64,000 bases of DNA from Candidatus Parcubacteria bacterium (GTDB taxonomy: Bacteria; Patescibacteriota; Patescibacteriia; Buchananbacterales; SURF-54). A program made the position numbers and the translations under genes. Shown in pieces: positions 17,852-29,558 of the stretch; within the stretch, counting starts at the first letter, position 1, and each line of letters opens with the position of its first letter. Below the pieces are notes generated by a model. It saw nothing but the letters and a program-made list of their open reading frames with translations, was not told where the DNA came from and did no database searches. The stretch is taken from NCBI GenBank assembly GCA_003599635.1, contig QZIX01000009.1:66065-130064 (forward strand), written 5' to 3'.

Positions 17852-20200
17852 TTATTGAATAATAAATTCTTTCTGCCAGGGCGCGTATGATTTTGTTCCT
17901 ATAATTTCATAATAATTGAAAACCGGCCCTGCAATTAATACTTTTTCACCATTTGGAGTCTGATATATAGCCAGAATTAGGTTGGCACCAGAAATTTCTT
18001 CCTGCAGTTTTTTACCTTCCGGTGATGTAAAAGAAATGGCTGAAAATTTCAAAGACAAACTGCCTGGTGTCAGATTGCCTGAAAGCAAATTTAACTGTTT
18101 GTAAAATTCGTTGATGAACAGTTTTTCCTCGTCATCTAGCGGAATATTTTCCAGCTCTTTTAAGGAAATTATCAAAGACTGGCTTAAAACCTCGATATTA
18201 TTGTCTAGTCTTTCTATTATTGGATCGTTTTTAGGAATGATTTCCAGGTCGATAAATGCGTTTTTTATCATTTTGTTTTCCGCGATAAGATTATTGTAAA
18301 ATTCCGGAGCCGGCTCTAAAAATCCGTAATCGCTTTCCGTGGCTAACATTTTATTTGGATCTGTTTTTTTATTTTCAAAATTTATCGATACATCTTTCCT
18401 TAACGCCAGACGCGAGGCCAAAACCATGTTAAGATTTTTTTTCTGCCAGAGGGAATTGGACATAAATGTGGGATAACCAGAATCGTTTAAGTTAAGATAA
18501 GGATTAATATCCTTAAGCGTTGTCCAGAAAATGTTGCCATACCAGGTATATTTGTCAAAAGTTGATATTTTATTTTTAAGCTGGGCAAGAATTTCATCAT
18601 AGCCGCTGTAAAGATCGTCTTTTTCCGCTGAAATAATTTGACTTGATTCCTGTGAACCGAGCAAGGATAAAATATCGAGCGTACGCGGGAGGCAGCGCAC
18701 GGTTTTTGAATCCAGCAGGCAGGCGGTTTTGGGAAGGTTTTTATCTCCGGCATCCCCCAGGTAATCAGAAACAGCCGGAGTGATTAAATTTACAAACAGA
18801 TAATTTTCGGCGGAAAACGGCGACCGCAGAAGTTTTAGTCCTTTTTTGTGTTTTTCTTTCTGGCTGCCTTCAATTTCCATGGAGGTGTATGTTTCGAGCT
18901 TGTTTTGGACAAGATACACGTTGCGTTCGAATTCCGGATTGTCCGGCGAAAACAATTTTTCAGCGTCGAATTCTTCGCCAAAAAGACTGATTAAGGCGTC
19001 CAGATAGTGTAAATAAGTAAAATCGTATTCTAAACCTTTAAAAAAAGACAGCGTTTTGTAAATCTTCAGCCATTCGTTCCTTGATTCTTTATCGTCTCTG
19101 AAATCCTGGGCAATTAAATTTGAAGCCACAAAAAGAATGCGTTGGTCATCGGTGTCAAGAAGGCATTGAGGGCATGAATCGTCAACTGAATAAAGCGGCA
19201 GCAGGATTTCTGAATAAAGCTTGGCGGCCAACGAATAATTTTTTAATTTTTCTGACGAGGAATAGGCGCTGCTGGGGCTGAATTTGCTGTAGTCGATGGG
19301 ATATAAAAAGATAGGGGATTTGGTTATGCTGTTGTGTTTATTGATTAGGGAAATTTCATTATTAATCTGGTTTTTTAATAATTCCGGCATTTCAAAAGTA
19401 AAGTAAGAACTTTCAAGTTCGGAAAAATATTTTTTTCCCAGACCGGAAGTGACCCACTCTTCTTTAATCTGATTTTGTTTCGGCCTTAAAATTTCCAGAA
19501 CGGCGGCGAAAAAAGCTGTTTCTGTTCTGGCTGCTTCCAACATTACGTTTGACGCTATACTTTGCCCCTGTCTTTGCCGATCGAATCTCGATCTGGATCG
19601 TTCATAAAGCCGTTTGGTAACCCGCCACATCGATGAATAGAAAACGTCCTGCTCAATTTCTTTAAAAAGTATTTGCTGCTGCAATAAATTCGCGTAGGAA
19701 ATTGTATCGGCGGTTACAAAAACCGGAATTTCATTTTCATTTAGGGTTTCATAGATTTGTTCGAAGTTGTCGTTTTGCTCAAACGGATATGGAATAACCG
19801 TAAAACCGTAATTTTCCAGGTTATTTTGAATAGGGTCTAAATTTAATTTACGCGACATGTCGCGATAATTAATGACGTCAGTTTTTATGTTTAAGGGGAC
19901 CTGATATACGGCTGTACCGGGGCTAAAGTACAATTTTTCCATCTCGTAATAATCAGCAAACATTTTTCTTTCTTTGGGAACAACCTCACCATTGCCGTTG
20001 CCGGCGCCGTCGGGAAAAATACTTTTGGAAAAAGGCAGTTGTCGGCTGCTGTTTACGGTGTCATTGATATCGGCATTTACATTCTGATTTGAATCAGCCG
20101 GTGGTTTTGGTTTTAGAAAAACCAGTAATCCCGCCAAAATAAAAATTATAGTCGCTAAAGCGGATGCGGCAATTAAATAAATTTTATTTTTTGTTTCCAT
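17852..20200 (-). CDS. Hypothetical 782-aa protein with N-terminal membrane anchor
   Basis: One N-terminal TM helix and a large extracytoplasmic domain; co-oriented with and overlapping dut and tmk. Confidence 0.55.
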   Translation of the reverse strand: METKNKIYLIAASALATIIFILAGLLVFLKPKPPADSNQNVNADINDTVNSSRQLPFSKSIFPDGAGNGNGEVVPKERKMFADYYEMEKLYFSPGTAVYQVPLNIKTDVINYRDMSRKLNLDPIQNNLENYGFTVIPYPFEQNDNFEQIYETLNENEIPVFVTADTISYANLLQQQILFKEIEQDVFYSSMWRVTKRLYERSRSRFDRQRQGQSIASNVMLEAARTETAFFAAVLEILRPKQNQIKEEWVTSGLGKKYFSELESSYFTFEMPELLKNQINNEISLINKHNSITKSPIFLYPIDYSKFSPSSAYSSSEKLKNYSLAAKLYSEILLPLYSVDDSCPQCLLDTDDQRILFVASNLIAQDFRDDKESRNEWLKIYKTLSFFKGLEYDFTYLHYLDALISLFGEEFDAEKLFSPDNPEFERNVYLVQNKLETYTSMEIEGSQKEKHKKGLKLLRSPFSAENYLFVNLITPAVSDYLGDAGDKNLPKTACLLDSKTVRCLPRTLDILSLLGSQESSQIISAEKDDLYSGYDEILAQLKNKISTFDKYTWYGNIFWTTLKDINPYLNLNDSGYPTFMSNSLWQKKNLNMVLASRLALRKDVSINFENKKTDPNKMLATESDYGFLEPAPEFYNNLIAENKMIKNAFIDLEIIPKNDPIIERLDNNIEVLSQSLIISLKELENIPLDDEEKLFINEFYKQLNLLSGNLTPGSLSLKFSAISFTSPEGKKLQEEISGANLILAIYQTPNGEKVLIAGPVFNYYEIIGTKSYAPWQKEFIIQ

Positions 20201-20624
20201 ATTTTCCGGTGCTGCCGAACCTGCCTTCCTGGCGGCTGGTTTTGGAAAGGGAAGCAGAAATTTTTAATGAGGCCGATGTCACAGGCATAAGCAGCAGTTG
20301 GGCGATTTTTTGCCCTTTTTTTATATTATATGTTTTTTTGCCTAAATTTATAAGGCAGGCGTTGTATTCGCCGCGATAACCGGAATCAAACACGCCGCCA
20401 AGCGTGTGAATTTTGTTGATATTGCCAAGGCTTCCTTTATCTTTTATTAAAGCAACGTAATTTTTTGGAAATTCCAGGGCAAATCCCAGAAAAAATATTT
20501 TTGCCTGGCCTGGTTTCAAGCTGTAATTTTCAAGTGAAAATAGGTCCAGTCCCGCATCTCCGGGATGGGCATAGCAAGGAACAATGCAGTTATTCTGTAA
20601 TTTTTTTATTTTAATTTTTAACAT
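20184..20624 (-). CDS. dut: dUTP diphosphatase
   Basis: YAHPGDAGLDL and GVFDSGYRGE motifs. Confidence 0.85.
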   Translation of the reverse strand: MLKIKIKKLQNNCIVPCYAHPGDAGLDLFSLENYSLKPGQAKIFFLGFALEFPKNYVALIKDKGSLGNINKIHTLGGVFDSGYRGEYNACLINLGKKTYNIKKGQKIAQLLLMPVTSASLKISASLSKTSRQEGRFGSTGKYGNKK

Positions 20625-21178
20625 TGCTCTTTTATTTTGCCGACAATCTCATCGATATTTTTATAAAGATTATCCAGACTGCCGTTATTATCAATTTTAA
20701 ATTTGGCTTTTTGGGCGACTTCTCTGATGCTTTGCTCGGCTTCCGCCATACCGTCTTTATGGAACTGGTCGAAAGTTTTTTTAACATCGTCGGAATTTTC
20801 ATCGCGCCTGATAATTCTTTCGTAGCGGCTTTTTTCATCGGCGAAAATATGCACTAAATGGAAATTAGGCATTTTTTGCAGGTATTTTATATCCGGAAAG
20901 CGCCTGACGCCGTCAACGGCAATTACTGTTTTTGAGTCTTTGGCGACGTCTTTGGCAATTACCGACGCCAGCAAATCGTCGCCGAAAAGCTGCCGCAGCT
21001 GCAATGACAGCTTTTGCATATTGTTCCGGCTTTGTTCTATATAGAGTCTGTCTAAAATATCGCGCAGGATTGTCGAAAAACGGTAGACGCTGGCATGATA
21101 TTTTTCTTTTAAATATTTGCAGGCCGTTCCTTTGCCGGAAGCCAGTTCCCCGACAAAACCCAGGATAATTTTTTCCAT
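20618..21178 (-). CDS. P-loop nucleotide/nucleoside kinase (dNMP-kinase or CoaE-like)
   Basis: Walker A GELASGKGT; about 186 aa; embedded in the dNTP operon. Confidence 0.5.
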   Translation of the reverse strand: MEKIILGFVGELASGKGTACKYLKEKYHASVYRFSTILRDILDRLYIEQSRNNMQKLSLQLRQLFGDDLLASVIAKDVAKDSKTVIAVDGVRRFPDIKYLQKMPNFHLVHIFADEKSRYERIIRRDENSDDVKKTFDQFHKDGMAEAEQSIREVAQKAKFKIDNNGSLDNLYKNIDEIVGKIKEQC

Positions 21179-21221
21179 TTTATTTGGTGTAATTTTTTAA
21201 TAGTATATAGTATCTTTATAA

Positions 21222-21737
21222 CTATTTGATCACTTTGTATCTTAATTGAACGGTATTATCTCCTAGGTTACGTGATTCGATCAGTGCTAAATTTAAATCT
21301 AAATCTTGTCCTTCAGTAAAATTTAAGCCAGTGCCGAAAATTTTTGGCTCAATTGTAATTAAAATTTCATCTACTAAATTTTTTTTTAAAAAAGCGGCAT
21401 TAGTTCTTGCTCCTCCGGCTAATACGGCTGATTGAAATCCTCTTTTTTCCAACATCTGTAGAATTTCATTGGGCTGTCCGTTAACAAATTCCAGCTCTCC
21501 GGGTTTTTCTTCACCTTTAAATTTTTTTGGTGCTGAACTTAAGATAAAATTAAGTCTGCCTGGTAGGGCTTTACCGATAGCAAGGTAAGTTGCGCTGCCC
21601 ATTATAATAACGCCGTGCTTTTTTGTTTCTTCCAAAAAAGACTTTTTATCTGCCTTGGTGGTCCAATTGGCGTTATGCTGAGAATCCTTTGCGATAATAC
21701 CGTCAACTGTTTGTGCCATCATTAAAATTAATTTCAT
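21222..21737 (-). CDS. Dihydrofolate reductase family protein (RibD C-terminal-like fold)
   Basis: MKLILMMAQTVDGIIA start and ILITIEPKIFGTG; sits next to thyA. Confidence 0.65.
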   Translation of the reverse strand: MKLILMMAQTVDGIIAKDSQHNANWTTKADKKSFLEETKKHGVIIMGSATYLAIGKALPGRLNFILSSAPKKFKGEEKPGELEFVNGQPNEILQMLEKRGFQSAVLAGGARTNAAFLKKNLVDEILITIEPKIFGTGLNFTEGQDLDLNLALIESRNLGDNTVQLRYKVIK

Positions 21738-21739
21738 AT

Positions 21740-22612
21740 TTATACAGCGATTTCAAATTTTATTGCTGGATAGCTTTGATAATCCAGAACTTTTGTATCT
21801 TCTGCTTTCCAATTAAAAATTGAAGTAAATTTTTCCGTGGAAATTACCGGCAGAGGGTATTTTTCCGGGTCTCGTGAGAGTTGCTCTTTAGCACCATCAA
21901 TATGATTAACAAAAACATGGACATCAGCCAAAAACCCTATCAGTTTGCCCTCTTTAAGATTAGCTTCTTTGGCTAAAAGATGCAAAAGCAAAGCATAACT
22001 GGCAATATTAAACGGCAGACCTAGCATAGTGTCTACTGATCGCTGGCTCCAAAACAAATTTAGCTTGCCGTCAATTACAGTGATCTGCCATTGGTAATGG
22101 CAGGGAGGAAGTGCCATCTGCTTTATCTGCTGCGGATTCCAGGCAGACACAATCATTCTTCTATCGTTGGGATTGGTTTTTAATATTTCCAATATTGCTT
22201 TTAACTGGTCCATGCCCTTGCCGGTATAATCTGTATCGTAACTGACATAGGGCGCGTTAAAATGCCGCCACTGAAAACCATAAATTGGCCCCAGGTCTCT
22301 TTCTTTAAACATTTTTTCTTTGGTTGCAGCATCATGACCGTATGGAACTTTAACCGGACTAGCCCATTCGTCCCAAATATGATTATTGCGGTCAAGCAGC
22401 CATTGCTTGTCGGTAATTCCTTTTATAAAAAATTCTAACTCCGTTGCCACAAGGCGTAAAGGAACTTTTTTTGTAGTCAAGAGAGGAAAACCTAATGACA
22501 TATCGTGTTCAAATAATGCCCCGGCTATGGTTAAACATTCGACACCCTGGCGTGGCATTTTTTTAACACCTGTTGTTAAGACTTGGTTTACTATATTGAA
22601 ATAGGCCTTCAT
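21740..22612 (-). CDS. thyA: Thymidylate synthase
   Basis: Active-site LPPCH motif and WNPQQ. Confidence 0.9.
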   Translation of the reverse strand: MKAYFNIVNQVLTTGVKKMPRQGVECLTIAGALFEHDMSLGFPLLTTKKVPLRLVATELEFFIKGITDKQWLLDRNNHIWDEWASPVKVPYGHDAATKEKMFKERDLGPIYGFQWRHFNAPYVSYDTDYTGKGMDQLKAILEILKTNPNDRRMIVSAWNPQQIKQMALPPCHYQWQITVIDGKLNLFWSQRSVDTMLGLPFNIASYALLLHLLAKEANLKEGKLIGFLADVHVFVNHIDGAKEQLSRDPEKYPLPVISTEKFTSIFNWKAEDTKVLDYQSYPAIKFEIAV

Positions 22613-22629
22613 AAATACAGTTTATACAT

Positions 22630-23166
22630 TTAAACCTTTCCTGTCATTTTTATTTTGCCTTCATTTACTTTTTCTTGAATATCTTTAGCAAATAAGTTTT
22701 GAATTTCATGTGACCAGATAGGATTTTCTTCGTAAATTACAACTTCAATTCCTGCTTCGCGAAGATAATCAACTGACTTGTCGTTGCGATAAATTTTGCC
22801 AATAACTGCTCTTCTAATTCCGCAAGCCACTACATATTTTGCGCAGTGAATGCAAGGATTATAGAGTGAGTAAAGTGTTGAACCGGCTGTGCTGGTTGAT
22901 CCTTGGATTGCCGCTTGGAGCAAGACATTATGTTCAGCATGAATCGTACGCACACAGTGGCCGTCTTCTAGTAAGTGTCCAACATCGTCACAATGCTTTA
23001 ATCCTTTCGGTGAACCGTTATAACCTGTTGCGATTATTCTTTTATCTTTTACCAAAACCGCACCTGCATGTAAACGGTCACAGGTACTGCGAGTGGCGAC
23101 AATTTTTGCCAAAGCCATAAAATAATCATCCCAAGTAGGTCGATATTTTTTTTGATTTAAAGCCAT
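22630..23166 (-). CDS. dCMP deaminase (cytidine/deoxycytidylate deaminase zinc-binding)
   Basis: HAEHN and PCIHCAK zinc-ligand motifs. Confidence 0.85.
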   Translation of the reverse strand: MALNQKKYRPTWDDYFMALAKIVATRSTCDRLHAGAVLVKDKRIIATGYNGSPKGLKHCDDVGHLLEDGHCVRTIHAEHNVLLQAAIQGSTSTAGSTLYSLYNPCIHCAKYVVACGIRRAVIGKIYRNDKSVDYLREAGIEVVIYEENPIWSHEIQNLFAKDIQEKVNEGKIKMTGKV

Positions 23167-23421
23167 AAGTTAGTTGTAATTAGTATTTATAGCAGTAATA
23201 ATCTTAACAAAAAAAACTGTCGTAAGCAAACTAAACAAGAAAACCTATCCGCCTTTTTATTTTTGAATCCGAACCGGAAATTGTTCAAAAAATTGAGGGT
23301 TTACAGGAATTGCTCAATTACTGCGCAAAATTTCAAAGGTTGGAAAATTTTTTTATTCCTTTTTAATTATGGCCCGGCCCTCTTTTTTAAGATATGACTT
23401 TGAATTTCGGCCAATGCGTAT

Positions 23422-23469
23422 TGTTTGCAAACAGTAAACAGTATGATAATATGTACTATCATACTGTTT
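23422..23469. promoter_or_regulatory. Tandem palindromes TGTTTGCAAACA and AAACAGTATGATA-N8-TATCATACTGTTT (candidate operator)
   Basis: Perfect 13-bp inverted arms separated by 8 nt; located in the 5' region of the dcd-thyA-dut-tmk operon. Confidence 0.4.
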
Positions 23470-23503
23470 AATTAATGGGAGATTTTTGGTATCATTCGGT
23501 ATC

Positions 23504-23534
23504 AAAAAGACGACACTGACGTGTCGTCTTTTTA
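23504..23534. terminator. Bidirectional intrinsic terminator (AGACGACAC-tgac-GTGTCGTCT) flanked by an A-run and a T-run
   Basis: Lies 17 nt after the rplA stop on the minus strand. Confidence 0.6.
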
Positions 23535-23550
23535 TTAAAAATTTAAATCA

Positions 23551-24234
23551 TTATTCCACAGATATTTTTATACCCGGTCCCATAGTGGCGTTGATACTGA
23601 CATTGGCAAGGTAATTTCCCTTAATGCCCGATGGTTTGGCTTTTTTTACGGCATCATATAGCGCTTTGAAATTTTCTTCCAATTTTTGGTTTTCAAACGA
23701 GGTTTTGCCGAATATCTGATGTATGTTTCCCGTATCGTCATTTTTAAAATTTACTTTTCCGCCTTTAAGCTGCGCGACGGCTTTTTTAATGTCCTTGGCG
23801 ACAGTTTCGTTTTTCGGAGAAGGCATTAAGCCTTTGGGCCCTAAAATTTTGGCGATAACAGCCAGGTCTTTCATCAATTCCGGTTCTGCCACGGCGACTT
23901 CAAATTCTATTTTTTGCGTGGTTTTGATTTTATCAATCAGCTCTTTCCCGCCGACCAAGTCAGCTCCCGCTTCCTTGGCTGCGGCTTCGGATTTGGAAGT
24001 TACAAAAGCCGCCACTTTTTTAGTTTTACCGGTACCGTGGGGCAGAATAACGCCTCCTCGGACCTGCTGTTCGCCTTTTGACGCATCAATGTTCAGACGA
24101 AAATGTGCTTCCAGGGAAGAATCAAATTTTGTCCTGGCGGTTTTTTTGGCCAATAGGATCGCTTCGGAAAGTTTGTAGACCTTATCGGGGTCAACCAATT
24201 TTTTTAATTCAATGTATCTTTTTGATCTGGGCAT
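23551..24234 (-). CDS. rplA: 50S ribosomal protein L1
   Basis: L1 family sequence; 227 aa. Confidence 0.9.
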   Translation of the reverse strand: MPRSKRYIELKKLVDPDKVYKLSEAILLAKKTARTKFDSSLEAHFRLNIDASKGEQQVRGGVILPHGTGKTKKVAAFVTSKSEAAAKEAGADLVGGKELIDKIKTTQKIEFEVAVAEPELMKDLAVIAKILGPKGLMPSPKNETVAKDIKKAVAQLKGGKVNFKNDDTGNIHQIFGKTSFENQKLEENFKALYDAVKKAKPSGIKGNYLANVSINATMGPGIKISVE

Positions 24235-24333
24235 AAAAAAATTCTTTGCGTGGTTCTAGCGCCCCCTGACTAAAGGAACTCCCACAAAAAGTTTATTATT
24301 AAACGTCAACTGTCATTAAACAGTCAACTTTTT

Positions 24334-24759
24334 TTATTCAGTAACCTCTAATCCCATCTGCCTGGCCGTACCTTCTATTATCTTACAGGCGGCATCAATG
24401 TCTTTGGCATTCAGGTCGGGCATTTTTTTCTCGGCTATCTCTTTAATCTGGGCTTTGGTAACCTTGCCGACTTTTTCAGTCAGCGGCTTACCCGAACCCT
24501 TCTGGATTTTAGCGGCTTTTTTCAAAAGTTCCGCTGCGGGCGGAGTTTTTAAAATGAAACTATAAGTTCTGTCTTCAAAAACAGTTATTTCGGCCGGGAT
24601 AATGTCGCCCATCATCTGTTTGGTTTTTTCATTGAATTTGGAACAAAATTCGGCAATGTTTAAGCCGTGTTGTCCCAAAGCCGGACCGACCGGGGGAGCC
24701 GGCGTGGCCTGTCCTGCCGGAAGCTGCAGTTTGATTATTGTTTTTATCTTTTTAGCCAT
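24334..24759 (-). CDS. rplK: 50S ribosomal protein L11
   Basis: [29 protein letters not shown]. Confidence 0.9.
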   Translation of the reverse strand: MAKKIKTIIKLQLPAGQATPAPPVGPALGQHGLNIAEFCSKFNEKTKQMMGDIIPAEITVFEDRTYSFILKTPPAAELLKKAAKIQKGSGKPLTEKVGKVTKAQIKEIAEKKMPDLNAKDIDAACKIIEGTARQMGLEVTE

Positions 24760-24873
24760 AAGTGTTTTAAGCCTAAATTCTAATTTCTAAATTCTAGATT
24801 ATTTTAGTACTTTTGGGGATTTTGTCAATTACCATCAGCTTTTTTCATAAGCCGTCTGCCGTTAAATCTAATT

Positions 24874-25419
24874 TTAAATCTTTTTCACCTGCAAAAAGTC
24901 AAGTTCAACCGGCGTTTCACGGCCGAACATGGACACCAATACCTTTATTTTGCCTCTGGCGTCGTCAACGTGCGATACTTTGCCTTCGTAACCTTTAAAC
25001 GGTCCGTCAATGATTCTTACCGGCGCGCCTACGGAAACATCAATGGTGTATTTCGGCTCCTCAACTCCCATCCTTTTTTGCAGATTTTTGATTTCTTCTT
25101 CGGAAATGGGGGTAGGCGTGGTGGCCGTGCCGATAAACCCGGTTACATTGGGAGTGTTGCGGACGACATACCAGGAACTGTCATCAACCACCATTTCAAC
25201 AAGTACATAACCCGGAAAAATTTTTTCGGTCACTATTTTTCGTTTACCGTTTTTAATCTTTATCTTTTTTTCAGTGGGAATTAAAACGTTGAATATTTTT
25301 TCTTCCATATCCATTGATTCAATTCTTTGCTCCAGATTTTTTTTGACATTTTCTTCGTAGCCGGAGTATGTGTGAATAACGTACCAGCGCCTGCCTCTTT
25401 GAACAACTTGTTTTGGCAT
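24874..25419 (-). CDS. nusG: Transcription termination/antitermination factor NusG
   Basis: NGN domain WYVIHT plus C-terminal KOW domain. Confidence 0.9.
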   Translation of the reverse strand: MPKQVVQRGRRWYVIHTYSGYEENVKKNLEQRIESMDMEEKIFNVLIPTEKKIKIKNGKRKIVTEKIFPGYVLVEMVVDDSSWYVVRNTPNVTGFIGTATTPTPISEEEIKNLQKRMGVEEPKYTIDVSVGAPVRIIDGPFKGYEGKVSHVDDARGKIKVLVSMFGRETPVELDFLQVKKI

Positions 25420-25446
25420 ATGTTTAGGTGATTATTTGCGTCAGTT

Positions 25447-25641
25447 TTATATGTTTAAAATTTGTTCAAAACCTAACGTTAAAATGTAATCGACTAGCCC
25501 CAAAAATAAAGCCACGCCTAAACTGATACCGATGACAAGCAGCGTATGATTCAAAGTTTCCTTTTTGCTCGGCCAGATGACTTTTTTCAATTCAGTGCGT
25601 GATTGTTTGATGTAAGTGGAAATTTTATTGATAATACTCAT
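25447..25641 (-). CDS. secE: Preprotein translocase subunit SecE
   Basis: 64 aa with a single C-terminal TM helix; conserved secE-nusG-rplK-rplA order. Confidence 0.75.
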   Translation of the reverse strand: MSIINKISTYIKQSRTELKKVIWPSKKETLNHTLLVIGISLGVALFLGLVDYILTLGFEQILNI

Positions 25642-25816
25642 ATTTTCTTAAATTTAGTAATTTTTGAATCTTAAAAAGCCCCGAAGGGACTTTTGATTTA
25701 TAGTTTTATTATAGAAAAGACAGTTTATTTTGTCAAGGGCTTGACGTCCGTTTATTTTTAATTATAGAGTGGGGGTAATGGTTTTTTGAATTTTGGGGGA
25801 CCAAGGAGGTAAGAGT

Positions 25817-25975
25817 ATGGCAGCAGAAAAAAAAAGTGTTCCGGCATCGAAGAATCCTGAAACCGGTAAGAATCCTGTTTCAAACCAAAGTCTGAGGATG
25901 CCGAAGCAATCAATGCAACCGCAACCGCGCAAATTGCGGACGACTATTTTCGGACCTCCCAATAACATGGGTTAA
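25817..25975 (+). CDS. Small hypothetical protein (52 aa)
   Basis: aaggagg RBS 7 nt before the ATG and a terminator immediately 3'; Pro/Lys-rich. Confidence 0.3.
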   Translation: MAAEKKSVPASKNPETGKNPVSNQSLRMPKQSMQPQPRKLRTTIFGPPNNMG

Positions 25976-25994
25976 TCAACTCGGACAACTCGGA

Positions 25995-26026
25995 CTCGGA
26001 AATTTCATTTTTCCGAGTCCTTTTTT
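25995..26026 (+). terminator. Intrinsic terminator (CTCGGAAA-tttcatt-TTTCCGAG plus TCCTTTTTT)
   Basis: Perfect 8-bp stem followed by a T-run. Confidence 0.55.
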
Positions 26027-26087
26027 AACTATACTTCTGGATTTCGGAACAGAAAATGTAATTTTTATTATAGTTTATTCTTCTCGA

Positions 26088-26116
26088 TTTGACAAAATTT
26101 AGCAAAAGTGATATTA
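26088..26116 (+). promoter_or_regulatory. Sigma-70-like promoter TTGACA-N17-TATTAT
   Basis: TTGACAaaatttagcaaaagtgaTATTAT lies about 100 nt upstream of the 26215 gene. Confidence 0.45.
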
Positions 26117-26214
26117 TCATTTAAAATATTTAGAACTTTACTAATTTAATCCAAAAAGAAAGGAGGGATGCAATATTTGCGGTTGGTACGGAAAGTAAGA
26201 AAGGAGAAAAGAGT

Positions 26215-26667
26215 ATGAAGAGTACCACAATAATGTTGTTCTTGGCCATGGCCATATCGGCGATAGCGATAGCTTTTTTCCCGAACATCGCCGTGGCGCA
26301 CCACGCGTTGGTGTCACAATTGGCAATGTCTGCAGAAGATTCACCGGCCGCCGAAAGTTCATATTTATGTGAAGAACTCGAAAGCGAAGGGAAGCCCATC
26401 GTGGTGGCCGAATGTTCCGGCGATTACCCCCTTCTTTTTCGCCAGTCGGCGTCCATCGTTCAGGGATTGATTGACCGGACCGATATGAGACCCATCGATA
26501 TGATGAAGAGCGAATGCGTTCGACTAGGCGGCCAGGTTCCCGAACCTTATTTATGGATAGTGCACATCACCAAGGCCGGGCAGGCGGCAGAAGACGCAGA
26601 GACGCAAAGAAAGTGCACCGGTGCTTCCGGAATTCACGCGGCCGGGGATCAGCTGATCCTCGGATAA
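26215..26667 (+). CDS. Secreted hypothetical protein with 4 Cys; GC-rich and probably horizontally acquired
   Basis: Signal peptide MKSTTIMLFLAMAISAIAIAFFPNIAVA, RBS aaaggag, own promoter and terminator; by eye GC is roughly 50%, versus roughly 37% for neighbouring genes. Confidence 0.5.
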   Translation: MKSTTIMLFLAMAISAIAIAFFPNIAVAHHALVSQLAMSAEDSPAAESSYLCEELESEGKPIVVAECSGDYPLLFRQSASIVQGLIDRTDMRPIDMMKSECVRLGGQVPEPYLWIVHITKAGQAAEDAETQRKCTGASGIHAAGDQLILG

Positions 26668-26700
26668 ACCGGCGCCACCGAAAAGTAGGCATGAATCATT

Positions 26701-26765
26701 CCCCCAGAGTTAAGCTACTTCCAAAAGGAAGAGCAAAACTGTAATCTGGGGGTTTTTGCTTTTTA
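26701..26765 (+). terminator. Intrinsic terminator (CCCCCAGA...TCTGGGGG long-loop hairpin plus T-run)
   Basis: 8-bp GC-rich stem followed by TTTTTGCTTTTT. Confidence 0.5.
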
Positions 26766-26815
26766 AGATTTTTTAATGGCTTCAAGAATTTTTTTCTTGT
26801 TTTGAAATGGCAATA

Positions 26816-27178
26816 TCAATCGAGCTGAAAACGAAATCCAAGTATGCCGAATCTGATCAAAGCCAGAATCAGCAGGGTATATATTATGGAAGTAATTAAA
26901 ATTTTAACCATTTCTTTTTTTGTTTTTTTCTTGTCCGCTCCAACTAGCATGTCTTTAGCGCCTAAATGCATCAGCAAAAAACCCAAAACATTGGTCAGCC
27001 AATAAGAAATTATTATCATCGGAGTAAAAAGTTTTTCCGAAATCAGGCTGAAAAGCCAGCCGAAAAAAAAGGCAATCGGCAGATTGATAAAGGCGTCATT
27101 CCACCACGACAGTGGAGATAAAAAAAAGCCGATCGTAAAAAGAATCCCGCCTTTTATTTTTTTTCCGGCATTAGCCAT
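26816..27178 (-). CDS. Hypothetical small integral membrane protein
   Basis: 120 aa with three predicted TM helices. Confidence 0.45.
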   Translation of the reverse strand: MANAGKKIKGGILFTIGFFLSPLSWWNDAFINLPIAFFFGWLFSLISEKLFTPMIIISYWLTNVLGFLLMHLGAKDMLVGADKKKTKKEMVKILITSIIYTLLILALIRFGILGFRFQLD

Positions 27179-27316
27179 AATTTTATTATAGCATAATTAG
27201 CATTAGCCAGCCGTGATTTTAGAACCCGGGAAGTGGGTATTTAGTTGATTAAAAAACCGGCCGATAAAGCCGGTTAATTTAATAATTGAATATTTGTTGT
27301 CAATACGTAAATTATA

Positions 27317-29383
<2,067 letters not shown>

Positions 29384-29558
29384 TTAAAATTTTTCACTAT
29401 TTTTAGCTAATTTTATATAAAAAATTGCAATTTATTCTAGTTTATAATGCCTTTATATAATAGCACATTTGAACAAGGATTTCAACTTTATTTCTTTTTG
29501 AGTCATTTTAAAAATTAAGTCTGATATGTTATGCTAAAGAATAATAAATATTTTACTT

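Noticed and set aside
23436-23469. Possible LexA/SOS box (the palindrome contains CTGT/ACAG)
   Set aside because: The arm sequence and 8-nt spacing do not fit either the CTGT-N8-ACAG or the CGAACRNRYGTTCG consensus. I kept it as an unclassified operator candidate.
23723-25284. Antisense ORFs within rplA, rplK and nusG (23723-24178, 24602-24790, 24970-25284, 25010-25210)
   Set aside because: They are opposite highly conserved ribosomal and NusG coding sequence and are typical shadow ORFs.
25642-25816. Expected tRNA-Trp or rpmG (L33) upstream of secE
   Set aside because: I found no cloverleaf or TTCGA T-loop motif, and no convincing L33-like Cys-pair ORF by eye in this spacer. A sub-60-aa gene cannot be excluded without a search.
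26130-26399. Minus-strand ORFs of 89 and 73 aa overlapping the 26215 gene
   Set aside because: They are shadow ORFs in a GC-rich gene; the plus-strand gene has a signal peptide, RBS, promoter and terminator.
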